Assembly (NCBI RefSeq): GCF_006345805.1
Contig: NC_043010.1
Span: forward strand, 42,160,001-42,224,000
DNA: 64,000 bases
Direction of reading: 5' to 3'
From: Octopus sinensis
Taxonomy: Eukaryota
Of the stretch, positions 1-13,121 are shown one piece after another (position 1 is the first letter of the stretch; each line of letters starts with the position of its first letter). The notes under the pieces were generated by a model. That model searched no databases and was not told where the DNA came from. It was given only the letters and a program-made list of their open reading frames with translations. Made by a program: the position numbers and the translations under genes.

Positions 1-18
1 CAAGCGGGGTATAACTCC

Positions 19-301
19 TGCCACCCTAGCTTCAAGACTACCAGATAAAGTGGTTTCTATTTGTATTAGATTTCCTTGGTGGTGGGTACTCGTTACCAGG
101 TATGGCGTAATCTCTTAGAGGACAGCCACATACTGTTGCTATCTCGACCAGATTTCCTATTTACAAAGCCAGTGATTCTATGACACTGTGTCTTCTATAT
201 ATTGCAAGCGAGATAAACTGCTACCTTGCCTGGCAACGAGTACCCATCACCAAGTACAGATTGAAACCATCGGGTCTGCTGGTCTTCAAGCTAGTATGGC
301 A
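19..301. repeat. Imperfect inverted repeat (degenerate foldback/MITE)
   Basis: 19-100 (ctagcttcaagactaccaga...gggtactcgttaccagg) matches the reverse complement of 229-301 (cctggcaacgagtaccc...tcttcaagctag), with one indel. Confidence 0.6.
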
Positions 302-1341
302 AATTTATCTCCCGTTTTCAATAAATATTGAGTGCGAGAAGCGCACTGAATAAACCAGCTGGGGTTTAAATGACAGTATCGCCGTCTCTTAGAGGACAAC
401 CACATTAAAGCGGCCATAAGCAATACATTAATCATTTGAATTAACATTTAAACAAGTTTTATTCTATTACTGTAGAATGTAAACACATTTTCTATAAGGT
501 TCTGTTCTATATGGGATTTTGAGTGGAATATAAATTCAGTATCCTTACAAAATTTTAATCAAGTACATAATTAAATATTATGAAATTGTTTTCGAGAGAC
601 TCATCTTTATAATTCTTCCTTCTTCTCTCGTTTTTGATACAGTTGCTTCTTCAGAGAGCATAGGTATTGTCTCAGTTTTAATGATGTTTATAGTGGGTGT
701 AAGCACTAGAAGGAAATTCATCCAATTTAGGTTGTGATGCTTCTTCGAAATATCAGTCATTTCTGAATTTTTCCCTTAAGAGACTTTCTATATTGTAGTC
801 ATGCTGGTTGAATAATTATTCGTAGTATTTTAACTACAGTCATTATGGTTATTAATTATCTTATTATTTTTCATAATAACATTATTGTTGTTTGCTATGC
901 TCTTCCTTTTCCAAGTTGTAACACAGAAAAATCGAATAGTTGGCTTTGATTTAACAGTCTTGATCATTTCACACCTGAAGTGAGGACAAACACTGGTTAA
1001 CCTTAAAGTTATTCATTTCCAATAATATTGTTCACAGTAATTTAGCCAAGCTTTCAAAGTATGTTATAACTTTCATACTGCTAACCGTGCACCATAACTT
1101 AGTGGATATAACGTGGAGTTCTGGGTATGCAATTATCTGCATCTGATTTTTAATTCCCAAAGCGCTTTTATTTTAGGGATCTTTTTTAATTAAATGGGAC
1201 AGTAATTTCTTGAGGATCGTTGCGTCTCTTTTTTATGAGATCATTTAAACATCTGGTCAGGATTGTTTAAGAGTTTGTATAATATGCCTATATCAACCTT
1301 GGAAGTGGAATTGGTTAACGGAAACTGAAAGAAACTCGTCG

Positions 1342-1375
<34 letters not shown>

Positions 1376-1454
1376 CACGATATAAACGACGGGTTTCTTT
1401 ATATAAAAAGAATTGTTTTACATGAAGAGTTGTTCCTCAGTAATTATTATCATT

Positions 1455-1646
1455 CTTTTACATGTTTTAGTCCTTAGACCGTGATTATGCTGGGGCACTA
1501 CCTTGGAGAATTCTTTAGCCTAACGAATCGATTTCCGTACTTACCTTTTAAGATACTTATTCTAGCGGTCTCTTTGCCAAACCGCTGTGTTGCGGGGGCA
1601 TAAACACAACACCTGTTCTCAAGCAGTGTGGGGGACAAACACACAC

Positions 1647-1650
<4 letters not shown>
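1455..1650 (-). mobile_element. Major SINE family A, 3' half fragment
   Basis: Similar to the reverse complement of 32370-32550. Confidence 0.7.
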
Positions 1651-1687
<37 letters not shown>

Positions 1688-1785
1688 ATATATATATAAA
1701 TTAATAATAAATATTAGGGAATAAATCCAAACTTACAGGGAAAAATCAGATTTAGGATTGAATCCAATTTTATAGTAAAATATTA

Positions 1786-2029
1786 TATTATATTAAATTA
1801 GAGACAAAACCACTATTAGGCAAATCAAACAATGAAAAACTTAAGCCAATACATATGATTAATTTATATTATTTAAATATATAACAAAATTATTAAAAAA
1901 TTATTAATTATATTTTTTTAAATAATTTTGTTATATATTTAAATAATATAAATTAATCATATGTATTGGCTTAAGTTTTTCATTGTTTGATTTGCCTAAT
2001 AGTGGTTTTGTCTCTAATTTAATATAATA
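1786..2029. repeat. Long perfect palindrome (109-bp arms, 26-bp loop), probably an inverted Penelope pLTR end
   Basis: 1786-1894 is the reverse complement of 1921-2029. Confidence 0.9.
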
Positions 2030-2064
2030 AGAGAGCGTGTGTGTGTGTGTAGAAGGTTGATGTG

Positions 2065-2320
2065 TATAAGGAAAAAACCAAGGTAGAAAATGTTAAAATA
2101 ATTTTATAATAAAAAACATTTTAGTACCGGTTTCAGTCATTGAGACTTTTTCTACTGTAAAGTATGGAAAACAATTAAATTTTGGAAAAATTAAATGAAA
2201 AGTTTTTAAAAAGAATATTTGCATAGTATTCAAATACAAGGAGCATTTTCCTTGTTTCAGCCTGTCTCTGTCTCTCTTGTTTACTCTTGTGGGTTCGAGG
2301 TCGTTGTGAATTCTTGGCAG
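2065..2320 (-). mobile_element. Penelope-like pLTR fragment; same family as 50045-50285
   Basis: Colinear similarity to 50045-50285; contains a minimal HHR-like motif. Confidence 0.6.
2122..2157 (-). ncRNA. Minimal hammerhead-like motif (U3-A8 family, one core mutation)
   Basis: Minus strand: ag UAGAAAA AGUC-ucaau-GACU GAAA CCGG UA cu; palindromic stem III ACCGGU. Confidence 0.5.
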
Positions 2321-3279
2321 AGGAGGAGGAGGAGGAGGAGAAGAAGAAGAAGAAGAGAAGAAGAAGAAGAAGAAGAAGAAGAAGAAAAGAATGCGGGAGT
2401 GGTATGATAGTAGTAGGATGTTAAAGGGTCAAGTGATCTAAAAGTGACTCGTTTTGGGTTATAGTAGTGGTTGGGTTAAATACATTTCTTCTTTTTTAAT
2501 AGTCCCTTCGCAGGTGTTCCTATATTTAAGAAATTCTCCTAAGATGGGATCGTAAATGACTTACTCCAGCTGTCGTATGCTGCAGGTCAAAACATTTATG
2601 GAATCTGGAAAGGTTGATTTTGTTTGGATTTTGGTTATGCATGTGTATACGCTGGTATACCCTACTTGTTTGTGTTTGCATGTGCGTGCATGTGCGTTTG
2701 TTAACACTTGCAGAGAGAGTTAATTCGAAGTGATAACACTACTATAGCATTGGAAACATGTGACAATCAAACCTTAAACAAAGGTTGTGCGATAACCAGC
2801 AGTGAAACAGTATTAATGTACAGCAGCAAATCAAAAAAACAATTAAAAAGAGCTGGGAAAATTGCGAAGACGAAACAGATTGGATTTAAGAGTTCAAGAG
2901 TAAATTTAAATTAAATTAGTGGAATGCATTTCAGTGAAAGTGAAGTATGAAGTAACCATGAAATGAAAGATTTAGAACATATGAAAAAAAAAAAGGAAAG
3001 AAATTAGAGAGGAGAAGAACAAATGGTGGTAAGGAGAAACGAGAGATCTGAGTGTCAAGAAAATGAAGAACAATACGAAAGATTAGAATGAAAGTAAACA
3101 AAAAATAGTGACGAAAATAACGGCCTTGGCGAGAAGATTGTGATGTTTGAGAATTAGAAGAAGGAAAGTTTGTGATTACAGTCAACTATACTCGTCTAGA
3201 TTATCACTAACAGCATGTTCTTTTTACAACTAAAAAGGAATGTAATTAAATGGAATCCCTATTAATTTCAAATACACGC

Positions 3280-3349
<70 letters not shown>

Positions 3350-3401
3350 ATACACAGACACACACATATATATGTATGTATACATGCATACACACACACA
3401 A

Positions 3402-3436
<35 letters not shown>

Positions 3437-3460
3437 CGGAAACCGAAAGGAGCCTGTCGA

Positions 3461-3520
<60 letters not shown>

Positions 3521-3649
3521 TACGTACATACATACACATATAGAGAGATAGGGGAAGTAGAGGGAGAGAAAGACAGATATATGTATGCATATATGTATGT
3601 CTATAAACAAATAAATATATAGATACAAAGATTGGGAGAAATAGTGACT

Positions 3650-3706
<57 letters not shown>

Positions 3707-5171
3707 AGTGTAATTAACTATGCTGGTTATTACACATTTTTGTATTGACAGTGTGCATTTGCAAATGTTAATCTGTATTGATTTAAGTGTGCACATTCAA
3801 TTATGTTGTTAAGCAGTCGGCTTCAAAATCATGTAGTTTCGGCTTCAGTCGAACTGAATACTTCTGAGTCGAAACCAGTGCCTATTTCTTACGAGTTCCA
3901 ATGGAGTTGCCCAATCAATGGTACGTTTGACGTGTATCTGGCCGGGGCGATTTAAAAGGCTGAAACAATCATATGTGTAACAAGATATTCAAACTTCTTG
4001 AAAGTTGTCCTTCGTAATTTAGATATAAGTTTTTAGTGGCTTCCATTGATTTACGATTGATCTGTCGACTGACACTCAAGTACAAACGCACAGTCCCATA
4101 AACACACCCACACTCACCCATTTATGCATAATAATATACCTGTAGATGTGTATGCCTGTGACAAATACAGATATGCACACATTTCTTAAGCAACTGGATA
4201 TTGCTTACAAAAGAGTAGGAGCAGTAAGACGAAATGGAAAAGAAACAGACAAATTTGCACATGGTCGATTATAAATACGGTGGTTACATATAAAATATAG
4301 CCTAGAGTACATCTACACACAAATAACTAAGTTCAAAACAAAGTATGAGAAAAGATATTCCTATTATTCTTTTAAGCTTTCCTTTTCGTCTGTGCATTTT
4401 TTTTATCAAAATCTCGATGAAGATCCTGAATTAGTAGAGCTTCTCAATATTGTATGAAGTTATAAATCGTTTGGAAAGTACAATGGCCAACGGATACAAC
4501 TAGCAACAATGGGAAGCAAATTCTTGGGAAAACATATATAGAGAGGCAGAAGAAAGATACAAAAATGAAATTTCTACTTGGCTGGATTTCTCGGCATAAC
4601 TTCTAGGGGCTGATAGTCCTAATGTAATGTACCCTTAGAAAATTCTAATTAATGAAAAATGACACCATCGTATATAGTAGTAGGGAGTATGTATGATCTT
4701 AGACCATAAACATCAGAAGAAGTCAATATAAAATTTTGCTGGGGTTTCCTCGCCTATCTTCACAAGGCCAAATCATTAAAACTAATGATTTTTTCATTAA
4801 AGGTGTAATTATAATTAATTAAATGTGTAATATAATTAATTAGACATTTTTTTATTCCTACATTAAATATATTAGCCTTACTTTTCTAAAATAAAAATGG
4901 AAATCGCAAACACACTTAACTTAAAATCTTTCATACTTTACAAGTGCTGTTACATTTAAAGATTTACTCGTACATGCATGCAACAACATTTAGTGATGAT
5001 ACATACGTACATATCAGCATACGTATAGACATTTACAGATATGAATTTTCCTGTCCCCTCCTTTACTTTATGCTATTGAGTTTCTACTGTTCTCTCTTAT
5101 TCCTCTTACCTCTCTCACTCTCTCTCCCGCTCTCTCCATCTCTCTCTATATATCTCTCCCTCTCCCTCTCC

Positions 5172-5211
<40 letters not shown>

Positions 5212-6009
5212 TGCTGTTCCTCTTATATTCCTTCAATAGTATTGTGTTGTTATGTCAAGGTATAGAATATATTGTCTTTTATCCTTACATTGAGCTTTCA
5301 TTTATTGAATTCTTTCTCTCCCTGTCGAACTGTTTTCTATTCCTTTACAATTATCCCTGTCGCGTTGTTGTTAAAGGACATATTTAAGTATAGTGTAGTT
5401 GAAGCAGTGCAAAAATATCATTTTGGAAGTTATTCTTGAAAGTTGCAGTCTTAAGAAGAGTGCAACTTCAGTACTTTCTATGTAGAGTTTACACCACCTC
5501 TGGAACCAAACGCTCCAGTAAAAGTGCAACTTGAAAAGGAATTGTTTATCTCATTGTACTCTGTAAACTTCCAACAATCTTACACTTTTCAAAATAATAA
5601 TTGTGCCCATCTGCGATCTGATGCTGATAGTGGCAAATTCAGCCCTAGTTTCGTCACAAATTTCCCTGGGCCAATGTTTTTCTTATGTTGTGGGAAGAAA
5701 ATGTTTTTGTAGTTCTGATATTTTGAACTTCCTGATATTTGGTCATAGCGTTTAAGGGAACCATTATCATTGTTGATGTTGTCGACGCCGCTGCTGATAT
5801 TGGAGCGATTTGTACTTGTACTTTTATTATTATTTTTATTCAGGCTCCAACAAGGTTGTTATTTCTAGGGCCTTTGTCGCGATCGAGGTTAGTTTTGATA
5901 CTAGTATCCTTATAATAATCATTATTATTACTATTAATATTGTTATTTCTGTTATGGTTATCTTGGTTATTTATAATTGATATTGCTGAACAATGTCATA
6001 TAATCTTTT

Positions 6010-6195
6010 CTGGAAGCATGGGACAAAACGTTTTGCAGTATTTCTTCCGACTCTTTACATTTTAGGATCATATTCCACCGACATCGACTTTGCCTTCGTT
6101 CTTTCGGAATCGATAAAATGAGTACCAGCTGAGAACCGGGGTCGATGTAATTGTTTTACACCCTCCCTTAAATTGCAGATATTGTGCCTAAATTA
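6010..6195 (+). mobile_element. SINE family B, older copy
   Basis: Contains tcgactttgccttcgttctttcggaatcgataaaatgagtaccag; same tail as 51370-51585. Confidence 0.7.
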
Positions 6196-6289
6196 TTATT
6201 ATTTTCATTATTATTATCATTTTGGTTTGGCTCAGGTTCGGTCTTATTCCTGATAGGATTTGTGTGGGCAGCGGGTTACTACCTGTAAC

Positions 6290-6625
6290 CTTAGGTATCC
6301 ACAAGTTTTCAGTCGTCTTTCAAGTGCTTAGAACCCTCCTGATAATCCTTGCTGTCCCTAAGAGACAAAATTTCTATAGGAGCTCTACCGGGCATTCTAT
6401 TTCAATCTTCTTCAGCCATTTGTCGAAATCTTAGTTTACTGTTCCCAACCTAACAATTATTATAGGCACGGCCTTTACTGATCGCATGCTCCAAATTCTT
6501 CACATTTCAAACTTTAAGGTAATGCGTTTTCTTTGTTCCCCCCAGCCTTTCTTTACGATCCTGGAATCAAACGGGCAATATGGGTCAATAAGTAAGCAAC
6601 TTCGTTTTTCCTTATCGATAATCGT
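6290..6625 (-). mobile_element. R4/Dong-like LINE 3' fragment (RLE region)
   Basis: Similar to 21410-21850 and 6740-7170. Confidence 0.65.
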
Positions 6626-6739
6626 TGTTGTTATTATGACTATCATCATCATCATCATCATCATCATTTCTCTTTATCGCAGGTTTTTTTGAGCTCCTAG
6701 ACTTATACATGCGTAGCGGACTTGCTACCCGCAGCCTAT

Positions 6740-7170
6740 GGTACCATGCTATCCATTTTTTTTTTCAGCTATCTAATACGTTTCTGATTATTCTGGTCGT
6801 GCCAAAGAGACAAACCTTTTGTAACAGTTCTACTGAGTACTCTGTTCCAATTTCCTTTATATTCCCCTTGATTCCTTCTGATACTATTCTCAAGGACCTA
6901 ATAATAATTGGCACTATCTTCACCTTCATTTTCTATATATTCGGGCTATTTCGTACATAAGAGAGTTATATTTATCTATCTTTTCGCCTTCCTTCTTGAC
7001 TATTCGTGGGTCAAAGGCGCCTGTAACATCAACTATATAGTATATGTGGTGCATGTTGTCTACCACCACTAGATCCGGTTTGTTATACTCTAGCACCTGA
7101 TCTGTTTGGATTAGGAACTCCCAGAGGATTTTGTTAGTCTCCGACTCCGCCACTCTCTGCGGTTTGTGGA
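6740..7170 (-). pseudogene. R4/Dong-like LINE restriction-like endonuclease fragment
   Basis: Translation KILWEFLIQTDQVLEYNKPDLVVVD...IVDVTGAFDPRIVKKEGEKIDKY fits the PD-(D/E)xK RLE motif. Confidence 0.85.
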
Positions 7171-7243
7171 AAATATTTCTAAGTTTGGAAACCATTCAAG
7201 AACACACAAATATCGTTAGTTTCACTTCAACTTTAAAACTTCA

Positions 7244-7294
7244 TTTGTCAAAATATTTTCGTCGCTTTGAAACGGCGACCTGTTCACTGACAAA
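7244..7294 (-). ncRNA. Type-I hammerhead ribozyme, G3-C8 core variant
   Basis: UUUGUCA GUGAACA G GUCGC-cguuucaaa-GCGAC GAAA AUAU UU UGACAAA: 7-bp stem I, 5-bp stem II, palindromic stem III. Confidence 0.7.
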
Positions 7295-7362
7295 ACTTCA
7301 CAAAAGTAATGCAGGACAAAGTTTTGTCAGTGAACAGCACGCACACACAGACACACGAACAC

Positions 7363-7395
<33 letters not shown>

Positions 7396-8389
7396 TTCAT
7401 TGCCTTTCATTTGTGTGCATGTGTATTTATGTGTGTACACGAGTGTGTATTTGTGTGTGTGTGTGTGTGTCACAGTTTAATTTGTGTTTGTAAACTGTGA
7501 ATTTAGCGCAAGTTTCGAGTGCTTGTCGAAAACTTTTGAGGTTTTTCTCCCCGTCTTCTAATAGTAATTACCCAGCTTACTAGGTTCTTCTCATAGCTAT
7601 CTCACATTAAAAAAATTATACGGGTATTTAAAAAAATTTTCATTCAATGAATAATGTTTTTACATTACGTATACATTAATAGAGAATTAAAACTTAAAAG
7701 AGAAAGTGAGAGATTTTGCAAATGAAAATGAAATACTCTGCAGTGAATGCAATGAATATTTAAATTTGTGATGAATTGGAAGCAGTGAATATTTAAATTT
7801 GCGAGAAATTGGAGCTTAAAAAATTCACTAAACTTGAGAAAGCGAAACTATAGGAAATTTCTAAGAACATGAATTCATAAAAATATTTCCAGACAGTTAA
7901 CCCTTTAATAATTGGGTTTTTTTTAGTACTTTTAGTAATTGTTACATACCTAGTTAATAAGCAGCTTTCTCCATTGTAGTATAGATATGTGTGTGTATCT
8001 GTGTGTGTGTGTATGTGTGTGTGTGTACATGTATATATGTATTAAAGAAAGCAAAAAATAAAACAAAAATGATAGTGTTTAGTATGTTGGTGACAGAAAT
8101 TCTGTCAACGAGACATGGTGAAACAAAACTGTACATCATCTCTCTCTTTGTCTGACATACCTACTCTTTCTCTCTCTTTAATAATTACTGCCACCATCAA
8201 ACACTATTACTTTTAATAAAACATCATCAACTCTCCTTGAATTTCTTTGTCTCTCTCTCCCTCTCTTTCTCTTACTCTCTGTCTGTCTTCGTCGCCGCCT
8301 TCACCGTCTCAGTGCCTACTATTACTCTCACCCCATCATGAGGAATAGTAGGAGTATCATTGAATACTGAGAGAATGATTCTTCTTAAT

Positions 8390-9025
8390 AATCATTTGAA
8401 TAACTCTAAACTTTAACTGTATACAATATAGCAACATTGTTTAAAATATTTGACTATAGTAAAACATAAGACTTCCCCTGTTTCATTATCAATGGTCTGC
8501 TAGTGGGCGACCTCCTTAGTTATCAGCTAACATCTTCTTTTTAAGTTTTCCTTCACCAAACCTCATGATATTGCTTCTAATAAATATTGATTTTGATGAC
8601 TATACCAACTATGATGTCTGTCTGCTCCTTCAGCCCTACCCCTAACAGATACTGCCTCTGTCCTCTCAGCCTTAGATATATAAGGGATTTGATAAACTAG
8701 TCTATAAATTAAAACTGACCCCATAAAAAACAAAATATCAGTGACAGTCAGAGTCAGTAACAATGTATATCTTGAAAAATGCAGTGTCTTCCAAACTGGA
8801 GTGAGACAGCATGTTCTTTGTGTATCGCCTTACTTCTTGGAGATTTTAGGTATAATTACAGTAATGTGTCCATCTGTTCTAATTTACTTAAATTCTATGT
8901 CTTTGTGTAGCTGAAGATTGCTCTGCATTTTAAATTGATGTAATGAATGCATTGTTCAATTATATGGAGTTGCATGAAGCGATCGTGCTGCATTACCTCT
9001 GGATACCCTTGTTGCTTATTTTGAT
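8390..9025 (+). mobile_element. Penelope-like family P1 3' part with decayed HHR (8905-8993)
   Basis: Homologous to the reverse complement of 34172-34810 and to 25260-25592; ends in a TA run. Confidence 0.65.
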
Positions 9026-9050
9026 ATATATATATATATATATATATATA

Positions 9051-9261
9051 CAGGGTGTCCCAAAAAATGTATACACACTTTAGCAGCTAATAACTCATTT
9101 GATATTTTTTCTTTCCAGATGAAACCTATAGGATTTAATGATGGCAGTCAGATTAAGTTTTGAACAAAGAAAATCCATTCTAAAATGATACTGGAAGTGT
9201 GAAAATGCAGTTGAAGTGCAAAAACAGTTAAAGTATGCATACATTTTTGGGGGACACCCTG
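9051..9261 (+). mobile_element. Tc1/mariner-type MITE, copy 1
   Basis: TIR cagggtgtcccaaaaaatgtat, TA flanks; retains a transposase N-terminal remnant (MAVRLSFEQRK...). Confidence 0.9.
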
Positions 9262-9277
9262 TATATATATATATATA

Positions 9278-9487
9278 CAGGGTGTCCCAAAAAATGTATG
9301 CATACTTTAACTGATTTTGCACTTCAACTGCATTTTCACACTTCCAGTATCCTTTTAGAATGAATTTTCTTTGTTCAAAGCTTAATCTGACTGCCATCAT
9401 TAAATCCTATAGGTTTCATCTGGAAAGAAAAAATATCAAATGAGTTATCAGCTGCTAAAGTGTGTATACATTTTTTGGGACACCCTG
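9278..9487 (-). mobile_element. Tc1/mariner-type MITE, copy 2 (inverted)
   Basis: Reverse complement of copy 1 with about 6 substitutions; separated from it by (TA)8. Confidence 0.9.
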
Positions 9488-9614
9488 TATATATAAATAT
9501 ATATATAAGTGTTCACACATACATAACATTTTTATTGAAGCTAAAAGGATTTCACATAACTTTATGTTCACACCACTACAATCATCAGGTGAGAACTGAA
9601 TAAATATATATAAA

Positions 9615-9650
<36 letters not shown>

Positions 9651-10343
9651 TGTATGTATGTATAAGAAGCTAACCAGTGCTTTAACTATCTTTTCCAAAT
9701 TTTTTTATTGTGTTTCTCTTGACACACTTCAAGCAGTACTCGATAAAAATCGCCTTCATTTTCTTTTCTTTTTATTTAACTACCACTATCACTCAAATAA
9801 GATTATTTTTGTTAATACATTTTCCCTAATACTACGTGTACCTTGAAGGTCACCTTGTTATTGTTGCTTGTGCTGTTATTGTAGTATTATGTGTTTATGC
9901 TTTTGTTCCTAGGAATTTGATAATTTCGTAAGTAATGTATATTGTATACCTTGAGAATTTAGAAAAATCCGACAGGTAATAATTGTATTCCACCCAATGA
10001 AACGCTGTTGCAGAAAAATATTCAACTATATAGTAATTATAAAGAATGACATTTTATAATGGTATATGCATATAAACACAGCGGCTGTTGTGCTGTGCAG
10101 AAACAAATGTTGTGATCTGCGATTAAAGCCTGACATTCTCCATCCTCGTGCTATTACATCACTCTTATGTAAAGAGGAATCCATATGTGTATCCACCCCT
10201 GGAATATACCCTACTGTACGATACCATGTGGTCGCCAAAAACCGACATAAGAGCCCTTACATGCATGTTACGAGATTTTTACCCGAATTATAATAAATAC
10301 ACACACACGCATACATATATGTATACACACACACACACACACA

Positions 10344-10407
<64 letters not shown>

Positions 10408-10410
<3 letters not shown>

Positions 10411-10487
10411 GGATCAAAGCATTTCGATTCAAATTCGTTGATATTCAAGAGTACCAACGAATTTGAATCAAACTCTTTTGATCCATA
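10408..10487. repeat. 80-bp hairpin (tiny MITE or structured RNA)
   Basis: ggatcaaa...gattcaaattcgttg pairs with caacgaatttgaatc...tttgatcc. Confidence 0.7.
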
Positions 10488-11789
10488 CATGTAACTCGCA
10501 ATAAATTGGTTGAGTGTCCTTGTTTCGTTTGTCCACTCACTCAGGAAGAGAGAGAATGAGAGAGTGAAAGGGAGAGAAAACTGTGTGTGCGAGCGTGCGT
10601 ATTTGAATAGAAAACAGTTGCTTAAAAACGCAGCGCAAATTAATATCGTGTGTGAGTGATGTTATTCTCATGACTGCAATAACTAATAAGAAACTTTTAC
10701 GATAATACCCGTCTTCCTTTAGCCTTACTCCTTATGTGTGTGAATGTATGTGAGAGAGAGAGAGAGAGCACATTTGTGAAAGAGGGAGAGAAAGAGAGAA
10801 TATTCACTTTATTACAACTGGCAGGGACATATATTAAAGATGGAGTTATTTACTTAACAACTAGAAAAAACGCGATATTGGTTTATGATCAATATTTAAA
10901 TAGCAATAAAGAACATGGATAAGTGTTAGAGTAGGAGATGAATATAAGGAGCAGCAGACAGTCTATTAGTCTGTTGGAAGTTTGTCCCTTATGTGTATTA
11001 ATGTCAGTCATCAATTTCTATCAATGAAAAGAAAATTAATGGGTTTTTCTTTTTTCCTAATGGTCAATAAATATTCAGAGAATTTTCTAAGTGGCAATCA
11101 AAACTTGATGTCTATGGTCGGTGTTGAATATTACTGAATGAAAGATACCCTGAACATAGCACGAAGAGGAAAGTCTTCGTGGCCATTTCAGCTATTTAAG
11201 TAGTTGATTATGAAATATAGATGGTACGATTATAAAACTTTAATAAAGAGCAAGAATTTTTGAAAACTTTGGAGGCCACTGAAACTGGGTTCGATTATTC
11301 CATCTCCTGATGAAAGCAGACGATAAGAGGTTACGATCTGATACTACCATTCGTGGTTATAGGTTCTTCTTTAACATATTTACTTCTCTTGCGTTCCTAA
11401 GTTTAATGGGAGTGCTATTAACGTCAGTAATCTCATTTTCATTTTTAAGAAACACGAAACATTTATGGTGAGTAAAAGGAAGCCACTAATATGACGTAAC
11501 TGTTGGAAGCGCAATATACAATCTGACAAGCCGAAGAACAACTTCGTTTCGAATGTAGCAAATCTTTTAGTTGTTGCTGGAGTAAAGCCCCAAGAAGTCA
11601 AATGTTATATAATACACATGAATATATAGGGTAAACATTATTGTCCTGTATTTCTAACGATTCTGTGTTGTGTATTTTCATCAATGCCATTCTTTGTGTT
11701 GATTATTTTCCCGAGCATCTACAGTGTCAGTGAATATTGGAAGAGCTGCTGAGCAATTCTTTGAGAAATCTAATTCATATGAATTTTAT

Positions 11790-11945
11790 TGAGCTCCAGT
11801 TGCAATAAGCCGTTAAAGCAATAACCTTCAGAGACAGGATCATTCGCTTTGATGGACTCTGGCGGAGAAGTAATGAGGAACTGGCTAGTGAGACCCTAAC
11901 TTGGACCTTTCGGCATGTTCGAAAGAGCGTTCATTGATCGTTTAA
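11790..11945 (+). mobile_element. RTE-clade LINE 3' ORF remnant
   Basis: RIIRFDGLWRRSNEELASETLTWTFRH resembles the RTE C-terminal RLRFAGHCWRS.EELAS motif. Confidence 0.55.
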
Positions 11946-12010
11946 TATGTGATACCGGATGTCAGTAGGAGGAAGTGTCAAATTCCAGGTGGGGGACTAT
12001 GCACACGCGC

Positions 12011-12042
<32 letters not shown>

Positions 12043-12539
12043 TCGCACACATACACACTCTTACACATACACACATACGCCCATAGTTTTGTATTCGGTT
12101 TGCAAGTTTCTTGATGTGGACATTTGCTGAAACAGATTTTGTTGTATCTTAGGAAGAGCATTAAGTCAATAATAAACACACTCACTGGTCCTATTGCACT
12201 TCCTTTAATATTAGTCAAATAGTTAACCATTTCACCAATTAACTAATCGATCATTTGATTAATCGCTTGATCAATCAATTATTCAGTTAACTAGGTTTGT
12301 CAAAGTACTTTCGTCTCCATTCGCAACCTAATCAATGATACGCCCCTCTCTATTCCTGGTCTGTTTCAAGTCTGTGTCTTGTAGTTTGCGGGTTCCATGT
12401 TTATATTTTTCTATAGCTGTGAGAATGTATGAGAGAGAGAGAGGGAAAGAAAGAGAGGAAGAAAAGTGTGAGCGTGTGTGTGAATAGTTGAGTACATGTT
12501 CGTATGTGTGTATGCACTTTTGCGTGTGTGTATGCACTC

Positions 12540-12572
<33 letters not shown>

Positions 12573-13121
12573 CGCAAATGTGTGTATATCCACGTCTGTG
12601 AATTTGTGATAGAAAACGTGTGTAAATGTATATGTGTATGTGTGCGCACGCGTTTGTGTATATATATGGTTCGAATTTTGTGAATGGTGTAAGTGGTTAA
12701 ACGTTTCTTTCTTCGTATCTTTATTTCATCTTTGTTCTGTGTCGGGGCACATGTGTGTCGGTGAGGGTATGTGGGTGTATAGATATTTAAGAAAGAAGGC
12801 CTTACTTATTTGGGGGATGGTATCCATCAGATTACAATTTAATGACTCTTCATCTTTCATTCTAAAACCTCAAAGAAATAAAGAATTTAAGTACTAATGA
12901 ACGATACTTCGCCTACGCACGCAGAAAACACATTGAGGTATGTTTATTAACACATTAATGTACATTTACTAATACATTCGAATATGTTTATTTATCTAAC
13001 AATTATATCAATATCTGTATGCCAACATATAAGACAACTGTTTTTTCCTTTCTTGTGGAAGGGGCAGAGGCAGTCCAACATGTCCGCTGCAGTATCTGAT
13101 TTACGGTATGTTTATCGTCTA

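Noticed and set aside
1655-1700. Recurrent single-base phase breaks in (TA)n runs
   Set aside because: Likely consensus/sequencing errors or slippage; not interpretable.
5524-5712. Possible Tc1 DDE remnant (YTFQNNN)
   Set aside because: Too degenerate; no TIRs found.
9540-9595. CUGAUGA...GAAA on the minus strand
   Set aside because: Stems I and III do not pair convincingly.
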